From: Gemmatimonadota bacterium
Lineage (GTDB): Bacteria; Gemmatimonadota; Gemmatimonadetes; Gemmatimonadales; Gemmatimonadaceae
Length of the DNA: 49,998 nucleotides
Direction of reading: 5' to 3'
Assembly: GCA_031395945.1 (NCBI GenBank)
Contig: JANNJV010000509.1
Span: 1-49,998 of the forward strand
Made by a program: the position numbers and the translations under genes. Below the pieces are notes generated by a model. That model searched no databases. It saw nothing but the letters and a program-made list of their open reading frames with translations, and was not told the DNA's origin. Positions 35,570 through 43,978 of the stretch are shown one piece after another (position 1 is the first letter of the stretch; the number at the start of each line of letters is the position of its first letter).

Positions 35570-36870
35570 GGCGCTGGTGCTTCGGGCTTCGGCGTGCCGG
35601 CTCGGCCAAAGGTTGCGTGGGCGGCGCTGAACTCGCCCGCGGCCAACGCGCCGGCAATGCTGAGCTCACCCGCCAGCGCGGTCACGCCGCAGATTTCGGC
35701 AAACTTCCGTGCCTGGCCACTGCCCACGCAGCCCACCATCTCCAGACATTCGCGCGCCGTGGGCAGGTGCGTCCCGCCGCCCACGGTGCCGACGATGACG
35801 GTGGGCAGCGTGAGTGAGAGGTACAGATCTCCTGCCTCGGTGACGTCGAAGCGTGTGAGTCCGACGGCCACCTCCGACACGCACGCGACGTCCTGCCCAC
35901 AGGCCAGGAAGAGCGCGGTGAGCCCGTTTGCGACGTGTCCCTGCATGCCGATGGAGCCGCTTTGCAGACTCCCGAGCAGCGCCACCTCCCAGTAGCGCTT
36001 GATCTGCTGCGGCGTGGTATGCAGGAATTTGGCAACCAGAGCCGAGGGGACGATGACTTCCGTCACGACGCGCTTTCCGCGCGTCATCTGGAATGCCAGG
36101 TGGGTAGCCTTCTTGTCCCCGGAAAGGTTCGCCTCGATGAACCAGGTAACGGGTTTGACGGGCGACGTCTCCACGAGTTGCCGACAGATCGCTTCCGTCG
36201 CCAGCGTCACCATGTTCTGGCCGGCCGCGTCGCCCGTGGTGAACTGAAAGAGCAGGAACACTTCCTTGCCCACCAGCGACGGCGTGACGTCGAGCAGCTT
36301 CGCGTGCCTGGAGGAACCCGCGACCGCACGGGTGATCCCGTCCGCGCTGTCCAGCACATGCGCCAGGAAGCGTCCCGCTTCGACCGTGGTGGTGAAGACG
36401 AACCCGGGCCCGCGCGATACGGCTTCGGTGAGGCACAGTGCCGTGGCGCCACCCGATTCGCTGATGAGCCGCGCGCCACGTTGGAACGATGCGACCAGCG
36501 CACCCTCGGTGGTCGCGAGTGGAACGTAGAAATCTCCGTGTGCGACGGACCCATTGATGCGAAGCGGACCGATCACGCCCACGGGGACTCGGGCGAACCC
36601 GACCATCGACTCGATGTTGCCAGCCAGCTTTTCGGGATCGATCTCCTCGCCCTCGCCCGCCAGCTGATCGACCGAGAATCCGCGCGAACGAAGGAATTCA
36701 CGGCGTTTCAGCACGGCGGCCTGGCTGTAGTCGTCCTTCGCCGGCACCGATGGCGGCAACGGCTCTGATGCCGGCAGCCGGGGCGACAGTTCGGCGGCCA
36801 CCGTGGCGGCGTCCCGGTCCGCGAGTACCCTGCTGAGAATCTGCTTGGCCTGCCGGTCGGTGGTTGCCAC
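35566..36870 (-). CDS. Class I (archaeal/eukaryotic-type, soluble) HMG-CoA reductase
   Basis: GNIESMVGFARVPVGVIGPL, VPLATTEGALVAS, TGDAAGQNM, SGDKK...RGKRVV, GTVGGGT, C-terminal ..AAH... . All four catalytic positions (E, K, D, H) appear present. GTG start 6 nt after the upstream stop. Confidence 0.88.
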   Translation of the reverse strand: MATTDRQAKQILSRVLADRDAATVAAELSPRLPASEPLPPSVPAKDDYSQAAVLKRREFLRSRGFSVDQLAGEGEEIDPEKLAGNIESMVGFARVPVGVIGPLRINGSVAHGDFYVPLATTEGALVASFQRGARLISESGGATALCLTEAVSRGPGFVFTTTVEAGRFLAHVLDSADGITRAVAGSSRHAKLLDVTPSLVGKEVFLLFQFTTGDAAGQNMVTLATEAICRQLVETSPVKPVTWFIEANLSGDKKATHLAFQMTRGKRVVTEVIVPSALVAKFLHTTPQQIKRYWEVALLGSLQSGSIGMQGHVANGLTALFLACGQDVACVSEVAVGLTRFDVTEAGDLYLSLTLPTVIVGTVGGGTHLPTARECLEMVGCVGSGQARKFAEICGVTALAGELSIAGALAAGEFSAAHATFGRAGTPKPEAPAP

Positions 36871-36876
36871 AGTTGC

Positions 36877-38499
36877 CTATCGTTGCAGTGCGTTGATGAG
36901 CACCACGCCATCGAGCTTTTCGATGGGCTTCGCGCCAGTGATTGCGGCCAGCGTCGGCGCGATGTCCACGGTTCGCGCAAACTCGGTGTACCGGCCCGGC
37001 TTGGCCCATGGTCCGTAGAAAATGATCGGCACGTGGGCATCCAGATCGTACGGTGAACCATGCGTGGCGGTCGCGCGATACCAATAGCTGTAACGCGTGA
37101 GGGTGACCACGAGATCGACGCCCGCGTTCGCGGGAATCTGGTGCGCCCAGCGGCGTGCCACCGGGTCGAGCGCGAAGTCGGCGCGCAGAATGTCCCGCAT
37201 GCGGTCGACTCTCGCGACCCCCGGCACGTTCAGGACGGCCCGGCGGAACACGTTCAGCAGGGAATCCGCATTGAGCTTCGCGGCGGCGATGGCCTCGCGA
37301 TTGAGCGACACAAGCTCGCCATCGACGAGAAGCGCCAGCGTATCGGCGCCTGCCACGCGCAGCGCATTACGGAAAGCCGCGATGGGGTCGCGAAGAGAAA
37401 CGATCAGGCCCTGGTTGCCGGTGGCCTCGCCGCGACGGCGCGCCAGCTCTGGGATGGGCTGGACGCCGTGATCCCCGGTCAGCGCAATGATGATCGAGCT
37501 GGAATCGCGCAGCCGGTATAACGAGTCCAGAAACCAGCCCAGCGTCTCGTCCAATCGGATCTCATTCTCGTGCGCCTCGCGCGAATCGGGACCGTACGAG
37601 TGTCCCACCGCATCGGTGGACGAGAACGACACCGCCAGGACGTCTGTATGCCCCCCCCGACCGAGCCCGGTGCGCTGGAGGCCTTCCAGCGCGAAGAGCG
37701 CGGTGAGCGAATCCAGAGTCGGCGTCCCCATGAGAGCCGCGGTGACGCGCGCGGTGTCCTCGGGGAGCTGGTAGGGGAACACGCTGCGCCCGCCGTTCTC
37801 TTCCGGAACCGTGTCCGGCTCGGCGTACTTGGATGCCTCCCGCGACAGCCGCCATTGTCCGCCCGCGTAGCGTTGCGGAATGCGGCGGGCGTTGAACTCC
37901 GTCACCCAGGTGGGCAGCGTGTCGCGGTAGTAGTTGCTCGTCGTGAAGGCGCCGCTTGCCGAATACCAGTAGACGTCCTGTTTGGCGCGCCCGATGGGCA
38001 GAATTGCACCCCGGTCCTTTCGCGAGACGGACAGCGCTCGCGTCGCCGGGTTCTTGGCGTACAACCAATCGAAGAGCGTCGTACCCACAAACCGTTCGGG
38101 CGAGGCGCCAGGCTCGGTCTCGAGTCCAGACAGCAACGCGTACCGGCCGTCGGCAACGCCGGCCGAGTTTGAGACGATGCCCGTACTGCGCGGGAACCGT
38201 CCGGACAGGATGCTCGCATGCCCTGGCGCCGTCTCGGTGATGGCGTGATCCTGAAAGGCGTTCACGAACCACGCGCCGCGCATCAGTCGCGCGTACCCAT
38301 GTCGCAGATCCGCGCGATAGCGGTCGAGCATGTCGCCGCGAAGCTGATCGATCGTGATGAGCACCACGAGCTTCGGCGTAGTGACGGGGATCGGTGACAG
38401 GGGCACGCCTTCCGCGGATGCGGTCGCGTGCATGCATCCGATCAGCGAGGTCAACCCGAACAGAGAACCCAGGATCCAGCGTGTGCGGCGCAGCGACAT
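36877..38499 (-). CDS. Secreted alkaline-phosphatase-superfamily enzyme (type I phosphodiesterase/nucleotide pyrophosphatase family)
   Basis: I prefer ATG 38499 (MSLRRTRWILGSLFGLTSLIGC signal, possible lipobox). VLITIDQLRGDML, nucleophile region AITETAPGHASILSG, ALTGDHG. The upstream 130 codons of track ORF 36877..38889 cross the intergenic region. Confidence 0.85.
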   Translation of the reverse strand: MSLRRTRWILGSLFGLTSLIGCMHATASAEGVPLSPIPVTTPKLVVLITIDQLRGDMLDRYRADLRHGYARLMRGAWFVNAFQDHAITETAPGHASILSGRFPRSTGIVSNSAGVADGRYALLSGLETEPGASPERFVGTTLFDWLYAKNPATRALSVSRKDRGAILPIGRAKQDVYWYSASGAFTTSNYYRDTLPTWVTEFNARRIPQRYAGGQWRLSREASKYAEPDTVPEENGGRSVFPYQLPEDTARVTAALMGTPTLDSLTALFALEGLQRTGLGRGGHTDVLAVSFSSTDAVGHSYGPDSREAHENEIRLDETLGWFLDSLYRLRDSSSIIIALTGDHGVQPIPELARRRGEATGNQGLIVSLRDPIAAFRNALRVAGADTLALLVDGELVSLNREAIAAAKLNADSLLNVFRRAVLNVPGVARVDRMRDILRADFALDPVARRWAHQIPANAGVDLVVTLTRYSYWYRATATHGSPYDLDAHVPIIFYGPWAKPGRYTEFARTVDIAPTLAAITGAKPIEKLDGVVLINALQR

Positions 38500-38517
38500 G
38501 GCGACAGAGATTTGGGT

Positions 38518-38590
38518 GTACGTTCGAGCAAGATGAGCGGGCGATCGAGTGCCCGCCAATACGTATCGGAGGCTACGTATCAAGTACGTA
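38518..38590. promoter_or_regulatory. Cluster of four TACGT cores (two TACGTATC direct repeats plus TACGTA) in a divergent intergenic region; candidate operator
   Basis: TACGT at 38518, TACGTATC at 38560 and 38574, TACGTA at 38585, all in the lower-GC spacer between gene starts at 38499 (-) and 38646 (+). Confidence 0.35.
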
Positions 38591-38645
38591 AACATGGCGA
38601 GACACGCGCGGGAACAATATTGTAGCGTCACTCGATTACGGAGCG

Positions 38646-39692
38646 TTGGTGGCAGAAGCTCAAAACGTGGCACCTCTGGCTCCTCGCGGGCTACAGAATG
38701 TCGTCTTGCGCACCGCGGTCTATTACGTGGTGTTGTTCGGCGCGGCATCGCTGCTGTGGCGTCTGCCACAGGCCAAGGCGGTAATGCAGGGATCCCTGGA
38801 CGCGCTGTTTTCGGCGCAGGGGTTCCCCGGACTGGGCCCGGCCACGCCGGAACCCGCCAGCGCCGCCATTGGGGCCACGACGCTTGCACTGACGGTGGCC
38901 ACCGCGATGCTCGGTGCGGTGCTGCTCGCGCTCCCGGTCGCGTGGATCTACGGGCTGACGCGAAAGAAAAAGGGTTACCAGCAGTCGGTGGTGCAGACGC
39001 TCATGGTGCTGCCGCCTCTGGTCGCCAGCGTCGTGGTGCTCGTGAAATACTCGCTGGCGCTGGCCTTTGGTCTTGGCGCGATCGTCGCCGCGGTGCGCTT
39101 TCGAAACACCCTCGAGGACAGCAAGGACGCGGTCTACATCTTTCTGGCCACGGCCATCGGACTGGCGGCAGCGGTGCAGCTCCCCGTCGCCGCTGTGATT
39201 TCAGTGCTCTTCAACGTGCTGGTGCTCGCGCTCTGGTACACGGATTTCGGGAAGGCCACTGCGTTCGAGGGTGACCGCGCGAAGCGCAGGCTGGAGCAGA
39301 CGCGCTCGCGAATGCGTCAGACGGGAACATTCGTGGCGACGGTGGACAAAGAGCTGTTCGAGAACATGTCTGCCGAACAGTTGGAGCTGGTCGCGGACAG
39401 CGCCTGGCGCCGCCGCCGCCGGATGGAGTCGGACGAGCCGGACGACGAAGAGATGCAGCGTCGGGACGTATTGCTGCGGCTCAAGACCAACGACGCCGAG
39501 GCCACGCGCATCGCCGTGGAGGGCCTCTTCGACGACTTTCTCAAGAAATGGCGCTTAGGGGGAGTGGTGCACGAGAAGGACGGAACGCACGTTGTGGAGT
39601 ACGCGGTGCAGCTCAAAAAGGAAGCGCGCTCGTCAGATCTGCTCGATGCGTTGAACGCGAAATCCCCGGTCATCGGGGTGGAGATCAAATGA
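38646..39692 (+). CDS. DUF4956 membrane protein with a long charged/ACT-like cytoplasmic C-terminus
   Basis: Core FGLGAIVAAVRFRNTLEDSKDAVYIFLATAIGLAAAV matches the DUF4956 signature (GLFAI..IRYRT...YLF..I..G) as I recall it. GGAG lies 5-8 nt upstream. The start is TTG at 38646 or GTG at 38649. Confidence 0.75.
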   Translation: MVAEAQNVAPLAPRGLQNVVLRTAVYYVVLFGAASLLWRLPQAKAVMQGSLDALFSAQGFPGLGPATPEPASAAIGATTLALTVATAMLGAVLLALPVAWIYGLTRKKKGYQQSVVQTLMVLPPLVASVVVLVKYSLALAFGLGAIVAAVRFRNTLEDSKDAVYIFLATAIGLAAAVQLPVAAVISVLFNVLVLALWYTDFGKATAFEGDRAKRRLEQTRSRMRQTGTFVATVDKELFENMSAEQLELVADSAWRRRRRMESDEPDDEEMQRRDVLLRLKTNDAEATRIAVEGLFDDFLKKWRLGGVVHEKDGTHVVEYAVQLKKEARSSDLLDALNAKSPVIGVEIK

Positions 39693-40777
39693 CAAATGCG
39701 ATGTTGTTCGGCACGATGCGCCGGATCCTGGGCGCGGCCAGCGCCGCGGGCGTGCTTCTCGGAAGCCAGGTGTCCGCGCAGGAGCCGCAAGGCGACGCGA
39801 AGGAGAAAAAACCGTATAGTCCGCCGCCGATATTCAGCGCGGAAACGCCGATTGAGTTCACGCTGCACGCGCAATTCAGCAAACTGCGGCGCGACCGGGG
39901 TGAGGAAACGGAGTATCGCCCGGCCTTCATCTCGTACAAAGGCGAGAATGGTGAAGTGCAGGTTCCCGTTCGCGCTCGTACGCGCGGTATCTGGCGCAAG
40001 AAGAACTGCGAGATTCCGCCGCTGCTGCTCAACTTCACCAAGGATTCGACGAAGACCACCCAGTTCGCCAAGGTGGATCGGCTGCGACTGACGCTGCATT
40101 GCAAGAATACCGACGATTACGAGCAATATGTGCTGCAGGAATATCAGATCTATCGCGTGCAGCGTCTGCTGACGCCGCTGAGCTATGACGTTCGGCTTGC
40201 CCGGGTGCGCTACGTGGACGCCGAAAAGGCCGACACCCTGATGACGCGTTATGCGTTCCTGCAGGAGCAGGACGACGCGTTTGCCGAGCGAGTGGGCGCG
40301 ACGCTCGTCGAACAGACGGGCGCGTCGCCCGGCGATCTCGAGCCGTATGAGAGCGCGTTCTTCGGCGTTTTCCAGTACTTCGTCGCGAACTCGGATTTCT
40401 CCATCCGCGAACTGCACAACGTGGTGTTGCTCCTGAAGGAGCCGAACCACCTGCCCGTTGCGCGCGATTTCGATTGGTCCGGCGCGGTGAACCCGCGGTA
40501 TGCCAAGCCCAATCCGGTGCTGCCCATCCGGTTCATCAGCGAACGGCTCATGCGCGGCTACTGTGCGCCGCCGGAACAGTACGAAAAGGTGTTCGCGTTG
40601 TTCCGCGAAAAGAAAGACGCGATGTACGCGCTGTACCGCGACTCTATCGGAGCGCTGCTGAAGCCAGGGGTGGTTACAAACACCCTCAAGTACTTCGACG
40701 AGTTTTACGAGGTCATCAACGATCCCAAGAAAGCCAAGCGTCAGATCGTGGGTGCGTGCCTGGGTGGCTCGGCGTAG
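39689..40777 (+). CDS. Secreted hypothetical protein, possibly CotH-like
   Basis: ATGA overlap with the DUF4956 stop. Signal peptide ...AAGVLLGSQVSAQ. The RTRGIWRKKNCEIPPLLLNF / LRLTLHC..DDYEQYVLQEYQIYR / ANSDFSIRELHNVVLL...VARDFDWSG pattern resembles CotH-family layout. This is pattern memory only. Confidence 0.6.
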   Translation: MTNAMLFGTMRRILGAASAAGVLLGSQVSAQEPQGDAKEKKPYSPPPIFSAETPIEFTLHAQFSKLRRDRGEETEYRPAFISYKGENGEVQVPVRARTRGIWRKKNCEIPPLLLNFTKDSTKTTQFAKVDRLRLTLHCKNTDDYEQYVLQEYQIYRVQRLLTPLSYDVRLARVRYVDAEKADTLMTRYAFLQEQDDAFAERVGATLVEQTGASPGDLEPYESAFFGVFQYFVANSDFSIRELHNVVLLLKEPNHLPVARDFDWSGAVNPRYAKPNPVLPIRFISERLMRGYCAPPEQYEKVFALFREKKDAMYALYRDSIGALLKPGVVTNTLKYFDEFYEVINDPKKAKRQIVGACLGGSA

Positions 40778-40818
40778 TCTGGAAGCGCGATACCACGTTT
40801 GTGGGGAGAGACCGCACG

Positions 40819-43800
40819 CTAAGACACGCGGGTCACCGCCGCGTACGGCTCTCCCAGCAGCACTTCCTGTGCTGACGGCCCCGTGCCGTGACGGCGGATA
40901 TACTCACCCGCCGATGTCAGCTCCCATGCGTGGGGATCCGACAGATAGGTATCGAGCATGGTGTCGAGCTGCGCGCGGCAGGCGCGATCCCGGACTGGTG
41001 CCAACAGCTCTACGCGCCGGCGAAGATTGCGCGGCCGCATGTCCGCTGATCCGATGAAGTACTCGGCGGCGCCCGCATTGGCGAAGTAGAACACCCGCGC
41101 GTGCTCGAGGAATCGGCCCAGGACGCTCACGACGGTGACGTGCTCGGAGACACCGGTGACACCAGGACGCAGGGTGCACACGCCGCGCACGACTAGCTCG
41201 ATGCGCACCCCATCCTGGGACGCCCGGAACAGCGCGCTCACGATGTCGGGATCCGACAGCCCGTTGAGCTTCATGCGTATATGTCCGCCGCGTCCACTGC
41301 GGGCATGGGCCGCTTCGCGCTCAATACGCGCCAGCAGTTCAGGCAGCAGCTGCTTGGGCGAAATGAGGCACCCACGCGTGAGGTGAAGCGGGGCGCGCGA
41401 GCTTCCCGTGAGCTCGTTGAACAGATCCTGAATGTCCGCCGAGAGATCCTCGTCGGCGGACAACAGGGAGAGGTCGGTGTACCGCTTTGCCGTCTCGGCG
41501 TTGAAGTTCCCGGTGCCCACATGCACGAAACGCCGCAGCCTGTTGTCACGCTCGTCGCGCCGAACCACCAGCGCCACCTTCGCGTGGTTCTTGATGCCGA
41601 CAAGTCCGTGGACCACGCGTCCGCCGGCCTGCTCCAGGCGCTTGGCCCAACCGATGTTGCGCTCCTCGTCGAATCGCGCCTTGAGCTCCACGAATGCCAC
41701 GACGTCTTTGCCTTGCTCCGCGGCGTCCACCAGCGCGGCGACGATCGGTGATTTCTCCCCCGCGCGATACACCGTCATCTTGATCGTCGTGACGAGGGGA
41801 TCGCTGGCAGCCTCACGGAAAAATCGCACGACGGTGGCGTCGTAGTCGTCGAACGGATGATGGAAGAGGCGGTCGTGTTGCTCGAGCGCCGTCCAGATGC
41901 TGCCCTCCGCCGGCAGCGGATTCGCGCCGACAAACCCCGGATACGACAGCGCAGCGTCCGGCGGCAGCGGAAGACCGGTGAGCGATCCCAGGTCCAGGGG
42001 TCCGTCCACCTCGTACAGGTCGTCCGTGTCCAGCGCCGAACCACCGTGCTCGCGACGCAGCTCGCGCAGGACGACGTCGCGCAGCAGCGCCGGCATGGCC
42101 CGCTCCACCTCGACGCGAACCACGGGTTGCTCGAACCGTTTGCGCGATGCTTCCTCGACCGCGAGCAACAGGCTCGGCGCCCGATCCTCATCGATCTCGA
42201 GATCCGCACCGCGCGTGACTCGGAACGCGTACGCCTGTTCGACCACCGACGACGGATACAAGAGGTCGAGGTTCGCGCGTACGAGCTCCTCGATAGCAAT
42301 CACGGCGTGCATGCCGGGCACCGACGTGAATCGCGGGGAGTCGTCGGGCAGCTCCACCTGGGCGAAATGGGGGGCGGAGCCCGGACGATCGAGGAGTACC
42401 ACGGCCAGGGACAACGACAGGTGCTTGAGGCGGGGGAACGGGTGGCCGGGACTGAGCGTCATTGCCAAGGGCGTCAACGCGGGCAGCAACTCGTCGCGCA
42501 TGAGCGCGCGCAGCTGATCGCGGCGGCTGACATCGAGTTCGCTCCACGTAACGATGCGCGCGCCGTACGCGGCGGCTTCGGCGATACACGACGAATAGCA
42601 ACGGTACTGCCGGGCCACCAGCGATTGGACGTGCAGGGTGATGAGGTCCAGCTGTTGCCGCGGCGTGAGGCCGTCCGGGGTCCGCTCTTCCGTCTGTTCC
42701 TCAGCCGATCGCTTGAGGCCGGCGACGCGCACCATGAAGAACTCGTCGAGATTCTCGCTGACGATGGACAGGTAGCGCAGTCGTTCCATCAGCGGTGTGC
42801 GCAAGTCTTCCGCGAGCGCGAGCACGCGTGCGGTGAACTCCAGAATACTGAGTTCGGAGTTCAGGAAGTGGGGATCGCCGACGGCCGCCTCACCTTCCGC
42901 CGACGCGCCGATCGTGCCCAGTCCCCACCCTGCAACCTCGATGGAGCGTCGCGGGTCGGTGGTGGGTTCGCGGCTCTCCGCCAACAGGCCCGAGCGGACC
43001 GCCACGGAGAGCGCGGCCAGTGAATCCGGATGCACTTCCGGCGCACGGTCCAGTGCTTCCATGGGACGCAGCCACACGGGCTCGCCCTGCTCCTTGACCA
43101 GCTGCTGCGCCGACGACAGTGCCGCGGTCCACACCTCGACGGTTGGCATGGGTCCGATCGAACTGAGCTTGCCCAGCAGGCGGGTATCCGACCCCGGCTC
43201 ACGCGCGCAACGATCCAGCAGAGTGCGCGCGACTCCCACGCCGCTCCCCGGCTCGAACGGCAGGAAAAGCACGGCGCCGCGCTTGAACAAGGCCACCTGT
43301 GTTCCATGCGTAAGCACGAGGGCGACGCCGGCGTCGGACAGCTTCGCTCGTCCACGCTCCTCACGCTCCATCCATTTCAACAGCAGTTGCGCGCGCTCGC
43401 GGGAGCCAGCGCCAATCGGCCGCAACCCGGCGCCATCTGACAGCACTCGGCAGAACCGCTCGAAGGTGCCGGCGTTCCGGCGATGACATCGCACCGTCAC
43501 TTGATGAAAGGCGCGACTCAACATCCCACTGCGCACGTGCACGCGGTCGTAGAGCAACTGGAGCCGGGGACGCCCCAGCCAATCGGCGTCGGCGGCGCGC
43601 GCCACGCGCTCGATCTGCAGCTCGATCTTGGTCTGGAGGAGTCGAAAATCCACCACCGCGGCGAGCCGGCGCGCCGGCTCCGTGTTGCTGGCGAGCGCCT
43701 CCCTCGGATCGGCGGTTGCGACCCGTGCCTCGTAGCGACGGGCAGGCGCGGGATCGCCGACCGCCCCCACGAACACCGTGAGCGTCCGGCGGTCGTCCGA

Positions 43801-43977
43801 GCCGACGCGCAGGCGGCACGTGATTCCTCGGCGCTGCAGCTGATCGTCGTCCGTGTCGATGTACAGGTCGCGATACAGCAGGCGCGTCGACCGGTCTTTC
43901 AGCTCCAACGGCAGCGGCTGCGCCGCGAGAATCGTGAGATGCTCCGCGGATACGACATCGAAGCGACGCTCGATCAT
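40819..43977 (-). CDS. ppk1: Polyphosphate kinase 1 with a ~370-aa N-terminal extension containing a CYTH (triphosphate tunnel) domain
   Basis: The PPK1 body runs from FLNSELSILEFTARVLALAED..RLRYLSIVSENLDEFFMVRV through GIKNHAKVALVVRR to the two PLD-like C domains. The N-terminus MIERRFDV...LYRDLYIDTDDDQLQRRGITCRLRVG..RTLTV fits CYTH. I prefer ATG 43977, 1 nt after the upstream stop. The track start is 44007. Confidence 0.88.
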   Translation of the reverse strand: MIERRFDVVSAEHLTILAAQPLPLELKDRSTRLLYRDLYIDTDDDQLQRRGITCRLRVGSDDRRTLTVFVGAVGDPAPARRYEARVATADPREALASNTEPARRLAAVVDFRLLQTKIELQIERVARAADADWLGRPRLQLLYDRVHVRSGMLSRAFHQVTVRCHRRNAGTFERFCRVLSDGAGLRPIGAGSRERAQLLLKWMEREERGRAKLSDAGVALVLTHGTQVALFKRGAVLFLPFEPGSGVGVARTLLDRCAREPGSDTRLLGKLSSIGPMPTVEVWTAALSSAQQLVKEQGEPVWLRPMEALDRAPEVHPDSLAALSVAVRSGLLAESREPTTDPRRSIEVAGWGLGTIGASAEGEAAVGDPHFLNSELSILEFTARVLALAEDLRTPLMERLRYLSIVSENLDEFFMVRVAGLKRSAEEQTEERTPDGLTPRQQLDLITLHVQSLVARQYRCYSSCIAEAAAYGARIVTWSELDVSRRDQLRALMRDELLPALTPLAMTLSPGHPFPRLKHLSLSLAVVLLDRPGSAPHFAQVELPDDSPRFTSVPGMHAVIAIEELVRANLDLLYPSSVVEQAYAFRVTRGADLEIDEDRAPSLLLAVEEASRKRFEQPVVRVEVERAMPALLRDVVLRELRREHGGSALDTDDLYEVDGPLDLGSLTGLPLPPDAALSYPGFVGANPLPAEGSIWTALEQHDRLFHHPFDDYDATVVRFFREAASDPLVTTIKMTVYRAGEKSPIVAALVDAAEQGKDVVAFVELKARFDEERNIGWAKRLEQAGGRVVHGLVGIKNHAKVALVVRRDERDNRLRRFVHVGTGNFNAETAKRYTDLSLLSADEDLSADIQDLFNELTGSSRAPLHLTRGCLISPKQLLPELLARIEREAAHARSGRGGHIRMKLNGLSDPDIVSALFRASQDGVRIELVVRGVCTLRPGVTGVSEHVTVVSVLGRFLEHARVFYFANAGAAEYFIGSADMRPRNLRRRVELLAPVRDRACRAQLDTMLDTYLSDPHAWELTSAGEYIRRHGTGPSAQEVLLGEPYAAVTRVS

Positions 43978-43978
43978 G

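Noticed and set aside
39317-40450. 377-aa minus-strand ORF opposite the DUF4956/CotH-like genes
   Set aside because: Shadow ORF. The plus frames have a signal peptide, TM segments and family motifs.
41857-43023. 388-aa plus-strand ORF inside ppk1
   Set aside because: It is antisense to an unambiguous PPK1 reading frame.
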